Positions 1 through 9,997 are shown, counted from the stretch's first letter. The stretch is 64,000 nt of DNA from an uncultured Lactobacillus sp. (GCA_947568765.1 CANOQA010000003.1:28468-92467), one strand, 5' to 3'. Notes: generated from the letters alone by a model not told the origin. A program made the numbers and translations.

Positions 1-541
1 CGGTGGCAGCTTCCTGTTCTTCATTAGTTTGAACTTTTTCTTTAGAATCTTCTGATTCTGGCTCAGCTAACTGGTGCGAACTATCAATTAATTTCTTATT
101 TTGAGCTTCAACACGAGCTACCTGCTTCTGCAAATCTTCAATCGCTTTATTCTGGCTTGCAATAGTATTTTGTAACATAGTTAAAAGCTTAACTACTTGA
201 TCAGCATCAACAGTAGCAGTATTTGTTGCAACCTCTTTTTGTAATTTTGCAGCTTTTTTAGCTTCTTCAGTTTTTTTATCACTTATGGCGAACACTTGTC
301 TAGCTGCCTCTTGTAAGGTTAAATCAGACTTCTTTGAGAGAGCCTTAAAAGCCTTCAAGTCTTCAATATCTTTAGCTGAATAAAGTCTTGCCTTTTGTTT
401 GGTTCTCTCATAATAGTCCTTATTCCCAGTAACCTTTTCAACGATTAAGGAATACTTTCTTAAGGTTGCTACACTGATATGAAGTTCTTCCGCCGTTTTT
501 GCTGGGGCCTCAAGTTCTTCAAAATTATGGTCGCTTGCCAT
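1..541 (-). CDS. MerR-like HTH plus coiled-coil protein (RacA/RocS-like architecture); 3' end outside window
   Basis: Manual translation from ATG at 541: MASDHNFEELEAPAKTAEELHISVATLRKYSLIVEKVTGNKDYYERTKQKARLYSAKDIEDLKAF..., followed by a Q/K/E-rich coiled coil. GGAG RBS upstream. Absent from the ORF track because it is truncated. Confidence 0.7.
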   Translation of the reverse strand, partial: MASDHNFEELEAPAKTAEELHISVATLRKYSLIVEKVTGNKDYYERTKQKARLYSAKDIEDLKAFKALSKKSDLTLQEAARQVFAISDKKTEEAKKAAKLQKEVATNTATVDADQVVKLLTMLQNTIASQNKAIEDLQKQVARVEAQNKKLIDSSHQLAEPESEDSKEKVQTNEEQEAAT

Positions 542-585
542 CCTAAATTCTCCCTTTACTACTTACTTTATTAAACATACTAATT

Positions 586-1671
586 TTAATCATGTTTATG
601 CAACAAAGTCTTCTTGTGATCGTAACGTTCCATTGCGTAATCAATTAATTTAGTAATCAAGTCAGTATATGGAATTCCAACTTCTTCAAATAATTTAGGA
701 TACATACTGATATTGGTAAAGCCTGGAAGAGCATTAACTTCTGTTAAAACAACTTCGTTGTCTTCTTTACGAAGCATAGAGTCGATTCTTGCTAAACCAC
801 TACATTCAGTTGCTTGGAATACTTTTAATGCGTTCTTTCTGACTTTTTCAACAATTCCTTCTGGTAATTTAGCTGGTATTTCCAAAGTTGAAGTTGAATC
901 ATCATCATACTTATTTTCGTAGGTATAGAATGAATCCTTAGCGTTAATAATTTGACCAACACCAGCAACAATTGGATTATCATTGCCTAAAACAGCAGTT
1001 TCTACTTCAGTACCATGAACAGTTTCTTCAACTAAAACTTTATCATCATATTTGAATGCTTCAGCTAAAGCAATCTTGTATTCTTTTTCATTGGTTACAT
1101 GACTTACACCAACTGAAGAGCCTTGATTTGATGGCTTTACAAATAAATCAGAACCTAATTGACTAGCTACATGTTCGTAATCAAGCTTATCATTATCTGC
1201 ATCGTTATATTCAAAACGTTTAATAGTAATCCATTTTGCTACTGGAACGCCAGCACGTTGTGCCAAAATCTTGGTCATTTCCTTATCCATTGTTACGGCT
1301 GCAGCTAAAACGTCATCCCCAACAAATGGCTTATCTAACACTCTAAATAAACCTTGTAAGCATCCATCTTCACCTAGATTTCCGTGTACAATTGGGAAAA
1401 ATACATCAATTTCTGGGCGATCTTTTAATTCAACAATGTTAGAAATGTTAGCTACTTTATGAGGGTTAGCTACTTCCATCTTAGGGTTCTCTAATACCTT
1501 ACGAGAATCTTCATCATTAGCTAAATAACCATCATTAGTGATCCACATTGGATAAACATCAAATTTGTTAGTATCAATTTCTTCATAAATGTTGTGGGCA
1601 GACATGATAGAAACTTCATATTCGGAAGAATTTCCACCGAAGATCAAACCCACCTTAATTTTGTCAGTCAT
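586..1671 (-). CDS. ddl: D-alanine--D-alanine ligase
   Basis: Motifs GLIFGGNSSEYEVS, HGNLGEDG, KPSNQGSSVGV, FYTYENKY, EVNALPGFT. Start moved to MTDKIK behind an AAAGGAG RBS. Confidence 0.97.
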   Translation of the reverse strand: MTDKIKVGLIFGGNSSEYEVSIMSAHNIYEEIDTNKFDVYPMWITNDGYLANDEDSRKVLENPKMEVANPHKVANISNIVELKDRPEIDVFFPIVHGNLGEDGCLQGLFRVLDKPFVGDDVLAAAVTMDKEMTKILAQRAGVPVAKWITIKRFEYNDADNDKLDYEHVASQLGSDLFVKPSNQGSSVGVSHVTNEKEYKIALAEAFKYDDKVLVEETVHGTEVETAVLGNDNPIVAGVGQIINAKDSFYTYENKYDDDSTSTLEIPAKLPEGIVEKVRKNALKVFQATECSGLARIDSMLRKEDNEVVLTEVNALPGFTNISMYPKLFEEVGIPYTDLITKLIDYAMERYDHKKTLLHKHD

Positions 1672-1832
1672 ATCTTTATCTCCTTTTTGTCCTCGAATCC
1701 TTATTATAAACAATCGTGACGCTATAATGCATTATTTTCGAAAAAAAGTCTAAAAAGAATGAATTTTTCTTATAATTAAGTTATATATAATACTAACATT
1801 TTAATATTTAGTTCCTCAAAAAGGGAGAAAAT

Positions 1833-3359
1833 ATGAACTTTACAAAAAAAGCAACTACTTTTTTAGTCGCTATTACGCTTACTGCAACATCATGTATCGC
1901 TATAGCTACGAACACACAAGCTGCAACATTTACAAAAGATGAAATTCAGGAAGTTCATCAAGTTCAAAACCAATACGCAAAATTACCGAAACAATCCTTT
2001 AATTCTGGTAATCTATATGCAAGCACCCCTCATTTAACAACGCCTTTTTCACCAGGATCCGTTACTAATTCTTATGTTAATTCGCAACTAGATTATATTA
2101 ATTTCTATCGTAGTATATTTGACTTACCAAGTATCTCTGCTAACAAAACAGATAACGATAATGCTCAAATCACGGCAAGCGTCATGGCGGCAATTAATGC
2201 TAATCCATTTACTAATCAACATGGACTGCCTAATGAAACAAAACCAGCTTTCATTAGTAGTACCTATTGGACAATTGCCAAGAGTGTGTCAGCAAGTTCA
2301 AATTTAAATTTTAATGTAACTAATCAATCAGCTGGGGATGTAATTACGGACTTATTGACTGATACTTATAATCTTGATGGTTCTGATACTGGTCACCGCG
2401 CTTGGCTTTTATCAAGTCGTCTTACTACAACTGGTATCGGAGCAGCTTATGGAACAAACAATTACCGCTATTCAGTACAACAGGTTGCTTATCCAAGCGA
2501 TGGCTACAAAGCAGCTTCCAAAAGTTCAGTTGCCTATCCAAATAGTGGTATCTTTCCGATTGAATTGCTTAAGGGAAATAATATTGCCTGGTCCTTATAT
2601 TTATCTGATAAGACTATTTCTGGAACGCCAAAAATCACCGTTACTGACCTTGATACAGGACAAGTAAGTCAAGCTACAAACGTAAATAACTTTGGCAATA
2701 AAGGTTTTGGTTTCTTTAAAACTATCCTGACTTACTTTCTAGGAGACATTAAGCTAGTGTCAGGACATGAATATAGTGTTAACATTGATAATGTCTATCA
2801 GTATAGCTTTAAACTTTTTAACCAAGTAGCCGCAAATCAGCCAAAACTTGAGAATTCAAAAGATAATAATCAAAATAAAAATAAGACTGAAAATTCAAAT
2901 ACAGTCTCGTCATCTCAAAATATCAACGATACCAAAGACAGAACAACTCGGACAATTTTAAAACAGGCTAATGATCCAGACTCAGCAACTACCATTAAAT
3001 CTGCACTCCTGCTTCAAGGAGAAGAACTACGTGATTCCCTAAATAAAAAACGTAGAATGAATCCAGCAATTTTCGGGCGGTCTTATCAAGATGGTTATTC
3101 TTATTACAGCCTAGGTGAAAATCAATGGTTCCATAACTTTTATATTTTTAACAATCCCGATTTAACTGCTGGTGTAGTAAATATCGATCGGCATTCACTT
3201 GATAGCAATATTTATACAAGTCCTTACCCAAGTTTACGTAAACAAACATCTAATCACGTTATTTCGGGAAAAAGTTATGCATATGGTCAAACAATTACGG
3301 TAAATCATACAATCTGGTATTATTTAGGTAAAAAACAATGGATTAGACAATTTAATTAA
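1833..3359 (+). CDS. Secreted CAP/SCP-domain surface protein with C-terminal SLAP-like repeats
   Basis: Signal peptide ending TQAA; CAP-like segments (LDYINFYRS, GHRAWLLS...GIGAA); N/K-rich linker; C-terminal YYSLGENQW and WYYLGKKQWI motifs. Confidence 0.7.
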   Translation: MNFTKKATTFLVAITLTATSCIAIATNTQAATFTKDEIQEVHQVQNQYAKLPKQSFNSGNLYASTPHLTTPFSPGSVTNSYVNSQLDYINFYRSIFDLPSISANKTDNDNAQITASVMAAINANPFTNQHGLPNETKPAFISSTYWTIAKSVSASSNLNFNVTNQSAGDVITDLLTDTYNLDGSDTGHRAWLLSSRLTTTGIGAAYGTNNYRYSVQQVAYPSDGYKAASKSSVAYPNSGIFPIELLKGNNIAWSLYLSDKTISGTPKITVTDLDTGQVSQATNVNNFGNKGFGFFKTILTYFLGDIKLVSGHEYSVNIDNVYQYSFKLFNQVAANQPKLENSKDNNQNKNKTENSNTVSSSQNINDTKDRTTRTILKQANDPDSATTIKSALLLQGEELRDSLNKKRRMNPAIFGRSYQDGYSYYSLGENQWFHNFYIFNNPDLTAGVVNIDRHSLDSNIYTSPYPSLRKQTSNHVISGKSYAYGQTITVNHTIWYYLGKKQWIRQFN

Positions 3360-3505
3360 TAAATTAATACTTCACGAAGTTTTATAAAGTAATAAATTAA
3401 TATTTTTAGAATATTTTTTCAATATAAATCACGCATATTATATTATTTAAGAATAATTAAGCCTTTCAACTTGATTTAAAGCTTAATTACTGTAAAAATA
3501 GGTAA

Positions 3506-3670
3506 TGAGAAATGGCTGAGGACCCTTACAAGAGCCGTTATGGCTGTTGCATATTACAATTATTTTATACCCTAACTACTTTACACTTACTTGAATACAA
3601 TTAAGATCATCCAATCCGGCGCCATTTCCTAGAAAAAGGTCTCAGGTTTAAAAACCTGAGACCTTTTTCT
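3506..3670 (+). ncRNA. Candidate small RNA (or 30-aa sORF mRNA) with end-to-end pairing
   Basis: TTGATT (3471) and TG-extended weak -10 (3491-3499) upstream; GAAATGGC (3509-3516) complementary to GCCATTTC (3621-3628); strong hairpin terminator at 3631-3670. Confidence 0.45.
3631..3670. terminator. Bidirectional Rho-independent terminator
   Basis: AGAAAAAGGTCTCAGGTTT-AA-AAACCTGAGACCTTTTTCT perfect inverted repeat with A and T tails. Confidence 0.85.
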
Positions 3671-3694
3671 ATATGCTATTAAAATTATTATTTA

Positions 3695-4460
3695 GGCTGC
3701 TTGTCAAATCCTTTGATGGCCAGTTTTAGATTAAGTAATTAAGCAACTAAAGTATAGTTGTTTGATTTCTTTTCTTTTACAATATTTTCTTCTAGTCTAA
3801 TTCTAGTTAATAAATGGCTAAAACTGCTGTAGCCATAGGCTGTTCGTTCAATTTGTTTAATCTTACGATTAACTCCTTCAAGACAGCCATTAGAATAGCT
3901 AGAAGAAATGCCGTCTAAAACAACGTGCTCTTGAGTGAGATAGTTTTTGAAATGCCAGTCATAGAGCGATCTTCTGTCAGAGCAGCTAAGACCTTACGTT
4001 TAGATGCATTAGATATATGACAGTATTTATTAACAAGGTTAGATTGAGCCATAGGCCGTTTAAGGCAGTCATTACACAGCACGCGTTGCTTTAACTGGAT
4101 GACTAGCATCAGCGGTAATAAAGCGTACGTTAGAAGTATAATGACCATTATGTTTGAGATTATGAGAATGGCAGTAAGGACAATGGAGCTGAATAAGCTC
4201 AGCTACATATATATTATGATATTTGCCATTAATACATTTTTTAAAATAACTAGAAAAAACAATGTTAGGGTCCTCAATATTAAGATGAAATTTAATACAA
4301 GCATTGTTAGAGGGCATAGTCCAAACTCCTAGTAAACTTAAATGAATTGGTCGTAGAAGGATTTTACATTAGGAGAAGCTATGGCCTCTTTCTTTATGCA
4401 ATAAAAAATCCTGTCGATAGGATATCATAGATCTCCATCAACAGGAAAAAGTATAGAGCC
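3695..4460 (-). mobile_element. Internally deleted ISL3-family insertion sequence (transposase pseudogene)
   Basis: Ends GGCTCTATAC...TTGATGG and GGCTGCTTGTC...TTGATGG; TTATTTA(G) direct repeat on both flanks; frameshifted N-terminal zinc finger (HCPYCHS...HNGHY); C-terminal YSNGCLEGVNRKIKQIERTAYGY; only 766 bp. Confidence 0.9.
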
Positions 4461-5300
4461 TTATTTAGCACTAGTAATTTGCCATGTAATAGTACTAATT
4501 ACAAATGTCACTACACCCACAATTACTAACTCTAAGAAAACTCCACTGGCTATCTCTAAGAAATAACCAATATTAAGAATAAGACTTTCAACATTAAAAA
4601 TCGTTGGAATGAAAGCTAATAACCCAAAAATTACAATTAAACAAATTGACGCTCTCATTCCACCAGCTGCAAACATGTGAATCAATCGTCTAGTCGAAAC
4701 TAGCTCTAGCAAGCTTTTTACTTTTTGATAAGTTATTATTCCTACAAAAACAATAACCAGAATATTTAAAACTAAAAATACAAGTTCAACATTTGCTGCT
4801 AAGGTTGCATTAGCTAAGCCAAAACTTGTAATGATAGCATACAAGCCGCCTTCTTTATTTTTCCTTAGTTTTTCTTGAACTGACTTGGCTTCCATTGAGG
4901 AATTATCATCAATTTTAGTTAATATAATTTTACGAATTTGACCAGCCAAGCTAGAATTTTCAGCCCTAAATAAGTGAATACCCAAGGTATAATCAATCAT
5001 TGCATTTGCAATTAGTCTTGTTTGTTCAACAGTAAGGAGATTGTTCGTGCTATTATTACTGCTTCGATCTGCACCAATTGTTGCCGCAAAATTATCAAAC
5101 TTTTGATTTATATATCGCTCAGCTACAACTCCATTACTTTCCTTTGCAATTTGACTTTTCATAAAAATCGGATTCATAAAAGTCACTAAGCTAAAAAATA
5201 AAACTATAATTGTAAAAATCGCAATTCCAAAGGATCTTTTATCATGCACAGTTTGAGCCTGATCAATCCTACGCATCTCACTGCGTGTGCGTACCGCCAT
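4461..5300 (-). CDS. Hypothetical membrane protein
   Basis: 279-aa ORF with one N-terminal and about three C-terminal hydrophobic helices; GGAGG RBS; co-oriented with the TetR gene. Confidence 0.75.
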   Translation of the reverse strand: MAVRTRSEMRRIDQAQTVHDKRSFGIAIFTIIVLFFSLVTFMNPIFMKSQIAKESNGVVAERYINQKFDNFAATIGADRSSNNSTNNLLTVEQTRLIANAMIDYTLGIHLFRAENSSLAGQIRKIILTKIDDNSSMEAKSVQEKLRKNKEGGLYAIITSFGLANATLAANVELVFLVLNILVIVFVGIITYQKVKSLLELVSTRRLIHMFAAGGMRASICLIVIFGLLAFIPTIFNVESLILNIGYFLEIASGVFLELVIVGVVTFVISTITWQITSAK

Positions 5301-5320
5301 TTCCTAGACCCTCCTTAACA

Positions 5321-5980
5321 TTACTCGTCAAACATTTTATTAATAGTCTGGGTCAAAGTAGTAAGCTCATATTCTTGTAAAACAGATTTTGCTTCATTGA
5401 GGACTTGATTTATCTTGGACTCATCCATTGCCAAAAATGTCGACATAAAAGTTTTTACCATTATATCAGAAATTTGGTCTGCATCTAAATTCAATTCGTT
5501 ACGTTTTATATACAAACTTCCTCCACCCGTAACAATGAAGCTTAATCCAATCTGAACTTGACGATCATTTCCTAAATCATGCTTAACTCCCTCCTTCTTA
5601 AGCCAATCATCTAGAATTTGACTCCAGCGATCTAATGACTCATTATCACTTAAAATGCTTTTAACAACACGTTCAACACCCTTATCCTGAATTCCTTGTT
5701 CCAAAATTAAATAAATAAAAATTTTCATTTTTGAATATTCATTTAAGTCTTTAAATTCAGCCGAATTCAAACTTTTTAAAATAGCTGTCATAAAGTTTGT
5801 AACAATTGCCGTAATCAAAAGATTCTTATGGGGGTAGTAAGATTGGAGTAATGATTTAGATATACCAGACTTATCCGCAATCATTTGTAGCGATACATTT
5901 TCCATTCCTCTCTTTTTAAGGAGCATAAAAGTATTGCGCAATATCTCATGTCGTCTTACCCAATTTTTTTGTCTTGCCAT
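5321..5980 (-). CDS. TetR/AcrR family transcriptional regulator
   Basis: N-terminal HTH GMENVSLQMIADKSGISKSLLQSYYPHK. Confidence 0.9.
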   Translation of the reverse strand: MARQKNWVRRHEILRNTFMLLKKRGMENVSLQMIADKSGISKSLLQSYYPHKNLLITAIVTNFMTAILKSLNSAEFKDLNEYSKMKIFIYLILEQGIQDKGVERVVKSILSDNESLDRWSQILDDWLKKEGVKHDLGNDRQVQIGLSFIVTGGGSLYIKRNELNLDADQISDIMVKTFMSTFLAMDESKINQVLNEAKSVLQEYELTTLTQTINKMFDE

Positions 5981-6156
5981 ATCTTTTCCCTCGTTTTACT
6001 ATTCTATTCCTATACAGTATAGCGTTTTCATAGCATTAATTTCAATTATTACAGCATCCTCTATCAGTAACCTTACTGAAAAATATAATTTGCATCATCA
6101 AAAACTACATAAAAAACTGACAAACTATTTGTCAGTCCTCTACATGTTACGTAATA

Positions 6157-7512
6157 TTACTTATTTTTTCTTTTTTCTAATAAAGAATAGCTAATAGCTA
6201 GAGCCAAAATGAAAATAATAGAGATTACTAATGGCAATCTAGTTGCCGGTATTAAAGCTAGAATTATCAAAATTACCAAGTAAAAAATAAGCGTTAACCA
6301 GCTTGTTATTGGAAAACCTGGCATTCTAAAATTACCCAAGTTATTCTTATTTTCCGCCCGATACTTCAAATGTGTCCACATAATAATAATCCAAACCATG
6401 ATAAAGTTAATCGTTGAAACACTAGAAATGATATCAAAAACCTGTGCTGGCATAATGTAATTAAGAATTACAACAATAAATAAAATCAAAGATGAGAAAG
6501 TTAACGCATTATTTGGCACAGCCTTTTTACTTAACTTTCCAAATCGCTTAGAAGCATTATTTCCACGAGATAAAGCATATAGTGATCTACTAGTTGAAAA
6601 AATTGCACTATTTGTTGCAGACATAGCAGCTGTTAAAACCACAAAGTTTAAAATTCCAGCTGCTGCAGGAATCCCAATTGCGCCAAATACTTGCACAAAT
6701 GGACTAGTGGTAGTGATAATTTTATTCCATGGATAAACTGCCATAATAGCAATCATTGAACCTACATAGAATAATCCAATTCTGACTGGCAAAGTATTTA
6801 TTGCCTTGGGAATATCTTTATCTGGATTAGCCGTTTCACCTGCTGTTAAACCAACAATCTCAATTCCAACGAAAGCAAAGACTACCATCTGAAATGACTT
6901 TAAGAAGCCCCAAGAGCCTGTTGGGAAAAAGCCCCCATAGTTCACCAGGTTGCTTAAAGAAACGCTTCTACCGTCAATTTTGGTGTGCATAACAAGTAGA
7001 ATTGCTCCAGTAATGATCAAGGCTAAGATAGCTAAAACCTTAATCATTGAAAACCAACTTTCAAGTTCACCAAATAATCCGACGTTAACCATGTTAACAA
7101 GCATTAACAAAACAACGATTACTAAAGGCCCTACCCATTGTGGTAAGTCTTTAAACCAATATTTCAAATAAATTCCTGTTGCAGTTAAATCAGCCATTGC
7201 TAAACTAAGCCAGCATAACCAATACGTCCAGCCTGCAACAAATTCCATTCTATTTCCAAGGTATTTTTTTACAGATTCAATAAATGAATGCTGCTCAGGA
7301 TCTGCTAGAATTAGTTCTCCTAAAGCTCTCATCATAAAAAAGCTAATAATTCCAACAACTAAATATGACAAGATAATTGACGGGCCAGCACTTTGAATAG
7401 CTGTACCAGATCCTAAAAACAGACCCGTGCCGATAGCTCCACCAATTGCAATCATTGTTACATGACGGCTTTTAAGCGATCTTTTTAGTTTTAGCTTCTC
7501 CTTTTCATCCAA
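6157..7512 (-). CDS. Amino acid permease (APC, AAT/CycA-like)
   Basis: LKSRHVTMIAIGGAIGTGLFLGSG, FAFVGIEIVG and AAMSATNSAIFSTSR motifs; about 12 TM helices. Confidence 0.93.
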   Translation of the reverse strand: MDEKEKLKLKRSLKSRHVTMIAIGGAIGTGLFLGSGTAIQSAGPSIILSYLVVGIISFFMMRALGELILADPEQHSFIESVKKYLGNRMEFVAGWTYWLCWLSLAMADLTATGIYLKYWFKDLPQWVGPLVIVVLLMLVNMVNVGLFGELESWFSMIKVLAILALIITGAILLVMHTKIDGRSVSLSNLVNYGGFFPTGSWGFLKSFQMVVFAFVGIEIVGLTAGETANPDKDIPKAINTLPVRIGLFYVGSMIAIMAVYPWNKIITTTSPFVQVFGAIGIPAAAGILNFVVLTAAMSATNSAIFSTSRSLYALSRGNNASKRFGKLSKKAVPNNALTFSSLILFIVVILNYIMPAQVFDIISSVSTINFIMVWIIIMWTHLKYRAENKNNLGNFRMPGFPITSWLTLIFYLVILIILALIPATRLPLVISIIFILALAISYSLLEKRKNK

Positions 7513-7646
7513 TTTTGTAGTCCTCCCTTAAAGACAAAAATACCCCTAGTATTTAACTTATACTAGAGGTATTTCTATTCTATGAAATTAAAGTTCTTGT
7601 ATAGTCAATTAATTGGCTATTTTATTTGTTTGTATTATAACTTGCT

Positions 7647-8861
7647 TCACGAAATTGTCAAATCTGTTTTTTGAACTCGAGTCAAGATTTGGACATTCTG
7701 CTTTATTAACTTTCTGTTCTTAATTAAGATAAAAATGGCAAAAATTACCCAAAGTACTAAATTAATAATTACATGAGTAAACTGACCTGTATTTCCGCCA
7801 AAAATGTCCACGCTATCTTGAGTCAATGGAGTTTCAGAAAACACAAGAATATCGTGTAGTGTATGGATTATCATTGTCGGCCATAATTTACCGCTATATA
7901 AAATTAGCACAGCCGCAAAACACCCAAAGCCAAATGTATCAATCACTTGAAAAGCAGTTGCTAGTGGCGTTTGCTTAAGTTCTGAGGCAAAGGCATTTCC
8001 AATATGAGGTAATGCAAATAGAATTGCACTGCCTAAAACCGCACCATTAATTTGCCACTTTTTATTTTTGAAAAGTACTAATAGCAAAATTAAGTTTATA
8101 TATCGGGCTGCTTCCTCACCAATTCCCGCTTCTATTGAGTAGAGATAGACAGACCAAGCGTTTTTTAGAAAGACCGGTTCAGTTGGATCAAGTAAAGAAA
8201 AATCCCAATTCCAGAATAATTCTTGCCATCTCTGAGCAAATTCACTAAATACTTCAAAAAATGAAATCCAAATCGCTAATCCAAAAATTAAAATAAATGA
8301 AAGCAACTGCAATTTTTTACCCTTAAAAGTCGGTAAATTAAAGTAAAATTCATAACCCCAACTTTTAACAGCAAAATAGACATAAACTAAAATTGCTAAA
8401 GCATAAACCAAGCCAGATTTATTTAAACTCATTAAGAAGCCGTCTGGATTTACATTTTTTAAGGTTAAAAGATGACAATACATAATAACAACATTAATCA
8501 TCCAGACTGATGCTATCAATCGCCAAATTGGCTTTTTAATTTTCCCATACTCGACTATTGTGACTGGAATCAATACTATTACGGTCACAAGAGCATAAAT
8601 CCAAAAGATAAGTATTGTTAACTTAGAAAGATGCTGCATGAGAATATTACCCAAGTCTCTAACTTGTTCGATAAAAATCATTGGTATAAGTACCGTATTT
8701 ATTAGCTGAGAAATCTTTTTATTTTTACTTACTAAAACTGCTGCAACTAAAACTCCAAGGTAAATCCAATCTTTAACTGTGTGATAACTAATTAAAATAA
8801 TTATAGCTATCAAAATATTTAGATATAGCTGAATCTGAAATACTTTCTTCATCTTTGACAC
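7647..8861 (-). CDS. CPBP family (CAAX/Abi) intramembrane protease
   Basis: AGIGEEAARY, LFALPH and IHTLHD motifs; polytopic membrane protein. Confidence 0.85.
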   Translation of the reverse strand: MSKMKKVFQIQLYLNILIAIIILISYHTVKDWIYLGVLVAAVLVSKNKKISQLINTVLIPMIFIEQVRDLGNILMQHLSKLTILIFWIYALVTVIVLIPVTIVEYGKIKKPIWRLIASVWMINVVIMYCHLLTLKNVNPDGFLMSLNKSGLVYALAILVYVYFAVKSWGYEFYFNLPTFKGKKLQLLSFILIFGLAIWISFFEVFSEFAQRWQELFWNWDFSLLDPTEPVFLKNAWSVYLYSIEAGIGEEAARYINLILLLVLFKNKKWQINGAVLGSAILFALPHIGNAFASELKQTPLATAFQVIDTFGFGCFAAVLILYSGKLWPTMIIHTLHDILVFSETPLTQDSVDIFGGNTGQFTHVIINLVLWVIFAIFILIKNRKLIKQNVQILTRVQKTDLTIS

Positions 8862-9007
8862 CTTATTTATATTAATTTTTGCTTAATAATATATTAACAT
8901 TGGTGAGCATTCAACAATAGGATAAAATTTATTGCAAATAAAAAGAGCAGAAAACTAGTAATTATACTAGTTTTCTGCTCTTTAAAAATATTAAAATAAA
9001 ATGTGAA

Positions 9008-9997
9008 TTATCCTTGAATTCTGTTTTGCTCATCAAAGATTTGGTGGATTGATTTATCATTGTAAATGTAATCAATACCTTTAGCAAGTAAACGTGCTAC
9101 AGATAAACGAACCATTCTATCTGGGTACTTCTTATGCTTAATAGTATCAGTTACTACGATTTGTTCTACTGGCAATTCGTTCAATACATCGATCGCATTT
9201 TGAGAAAGTAGTGCGTGAGTTGCAGCAACATAAACCTTCTTAGCACCAGCAGCTAAGACTGATCTAGTTGAAGAAGCAATTCTAGAACCAGTATCAATCA
9301 AGTCATCAACGATAATGACTGTCTTGTCTTTAACGTCCCCAATCATATCATGAGCTTCTGCATCATAACGTGCACCGCGTTGATCAACAATAGCAATTGG
9401 AGCATCGAAGTATGAACCAAAAGTACGAGCGAGCTTTGCCCCAGAGTGATCAGGAGAAACAACTACTACATCATCATTTTCCTTACTTGCAATACCATTA
9501 TCTAAGAAGTATTGAGCTAAGATTGGCATGGCATGTAAGTGGTCAACCGGGATATTGTAGAAACCTTGAATTTGAGATGCATGTAAGTCAACGACAATTA
9601 AGTCATCAATATCAGTCAATTGAAGCAAGTTAGCCAGTAATTTGGCAGTAATTGGTTCACGGGAGCGATTCTTAGTGTCTTGACGAGAGTATGCCATATA
9701 AGGAATTACTACGTTAACAGAGTGAGCAGATGCACGATGTAAAGCATCCAATACAATCATTAATTCCATGAAGTTTTCATTCACAGGATCTTGAATAGAT
9801 TGAATTACGTAGACATCACAACCTCTAACACTTTCTGTAATGTTTACTTGAATTTCTCCATCACTAAAGTGTTGAACAGCAGTTTCAAGTAATGGCTTAT
9901 CTAAAGCAGCCGCAATTCTTTCTGCTAGAGCTTGGTTTCCACCAAGTCCGATTAATTTCATTGGGTGCAACATTTCGTGCAATTCTTCTTTTTTCAT
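9008..9997 (-). CDS. prs: Ribose-phosphate pyrophosphokinase paralogue (PrsB-like, degenerate catalytic loop)
   Basis: FSDGEI, PYMAYSRQD, DLHASQIQGFY and VDDLIDTG motifs; the DKRR loop reads DQRG. Confidence 0.9.
   Translation of the reverse strand: MKKEELHEMLHPMKLIGLGGNQALAERIAAALDKPLLETAVQHFSDGEIQVNITESVRGCDVYVIQSIQDPVNENFMELMIVLDALHRASAHSVNVVIPYMAYSRQDTKNRSREPITAKLLANLLQLTDIDDLIVVDLHASQIQGFYNIPVDHLHAMPILAQYFLDNGIASKENDDVVVVSPDHSGAKLARTFGSYFDAPIAIVDQRGARYDAEAHDMIGDVKDKTVIIVDDLIDTGSRIASSTRSVLAAGAKKVYVAATHALLSQNAIDVLNELPVEQIVVTDTIKHKKYPDRMVRLSVARLLAKGIDYIYNDKSIHQIFDEQNRIQG

Noticed and set aside
713-2667. Short ORFs 713..922, 1271..1462, 2119..2307 and 2374..2667
   Set aside because: Antisense or out-of-frame shadows of ddl and the CAP gene, with no RBS or motifs. 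The same applies to the other short nested ORFs in the track.
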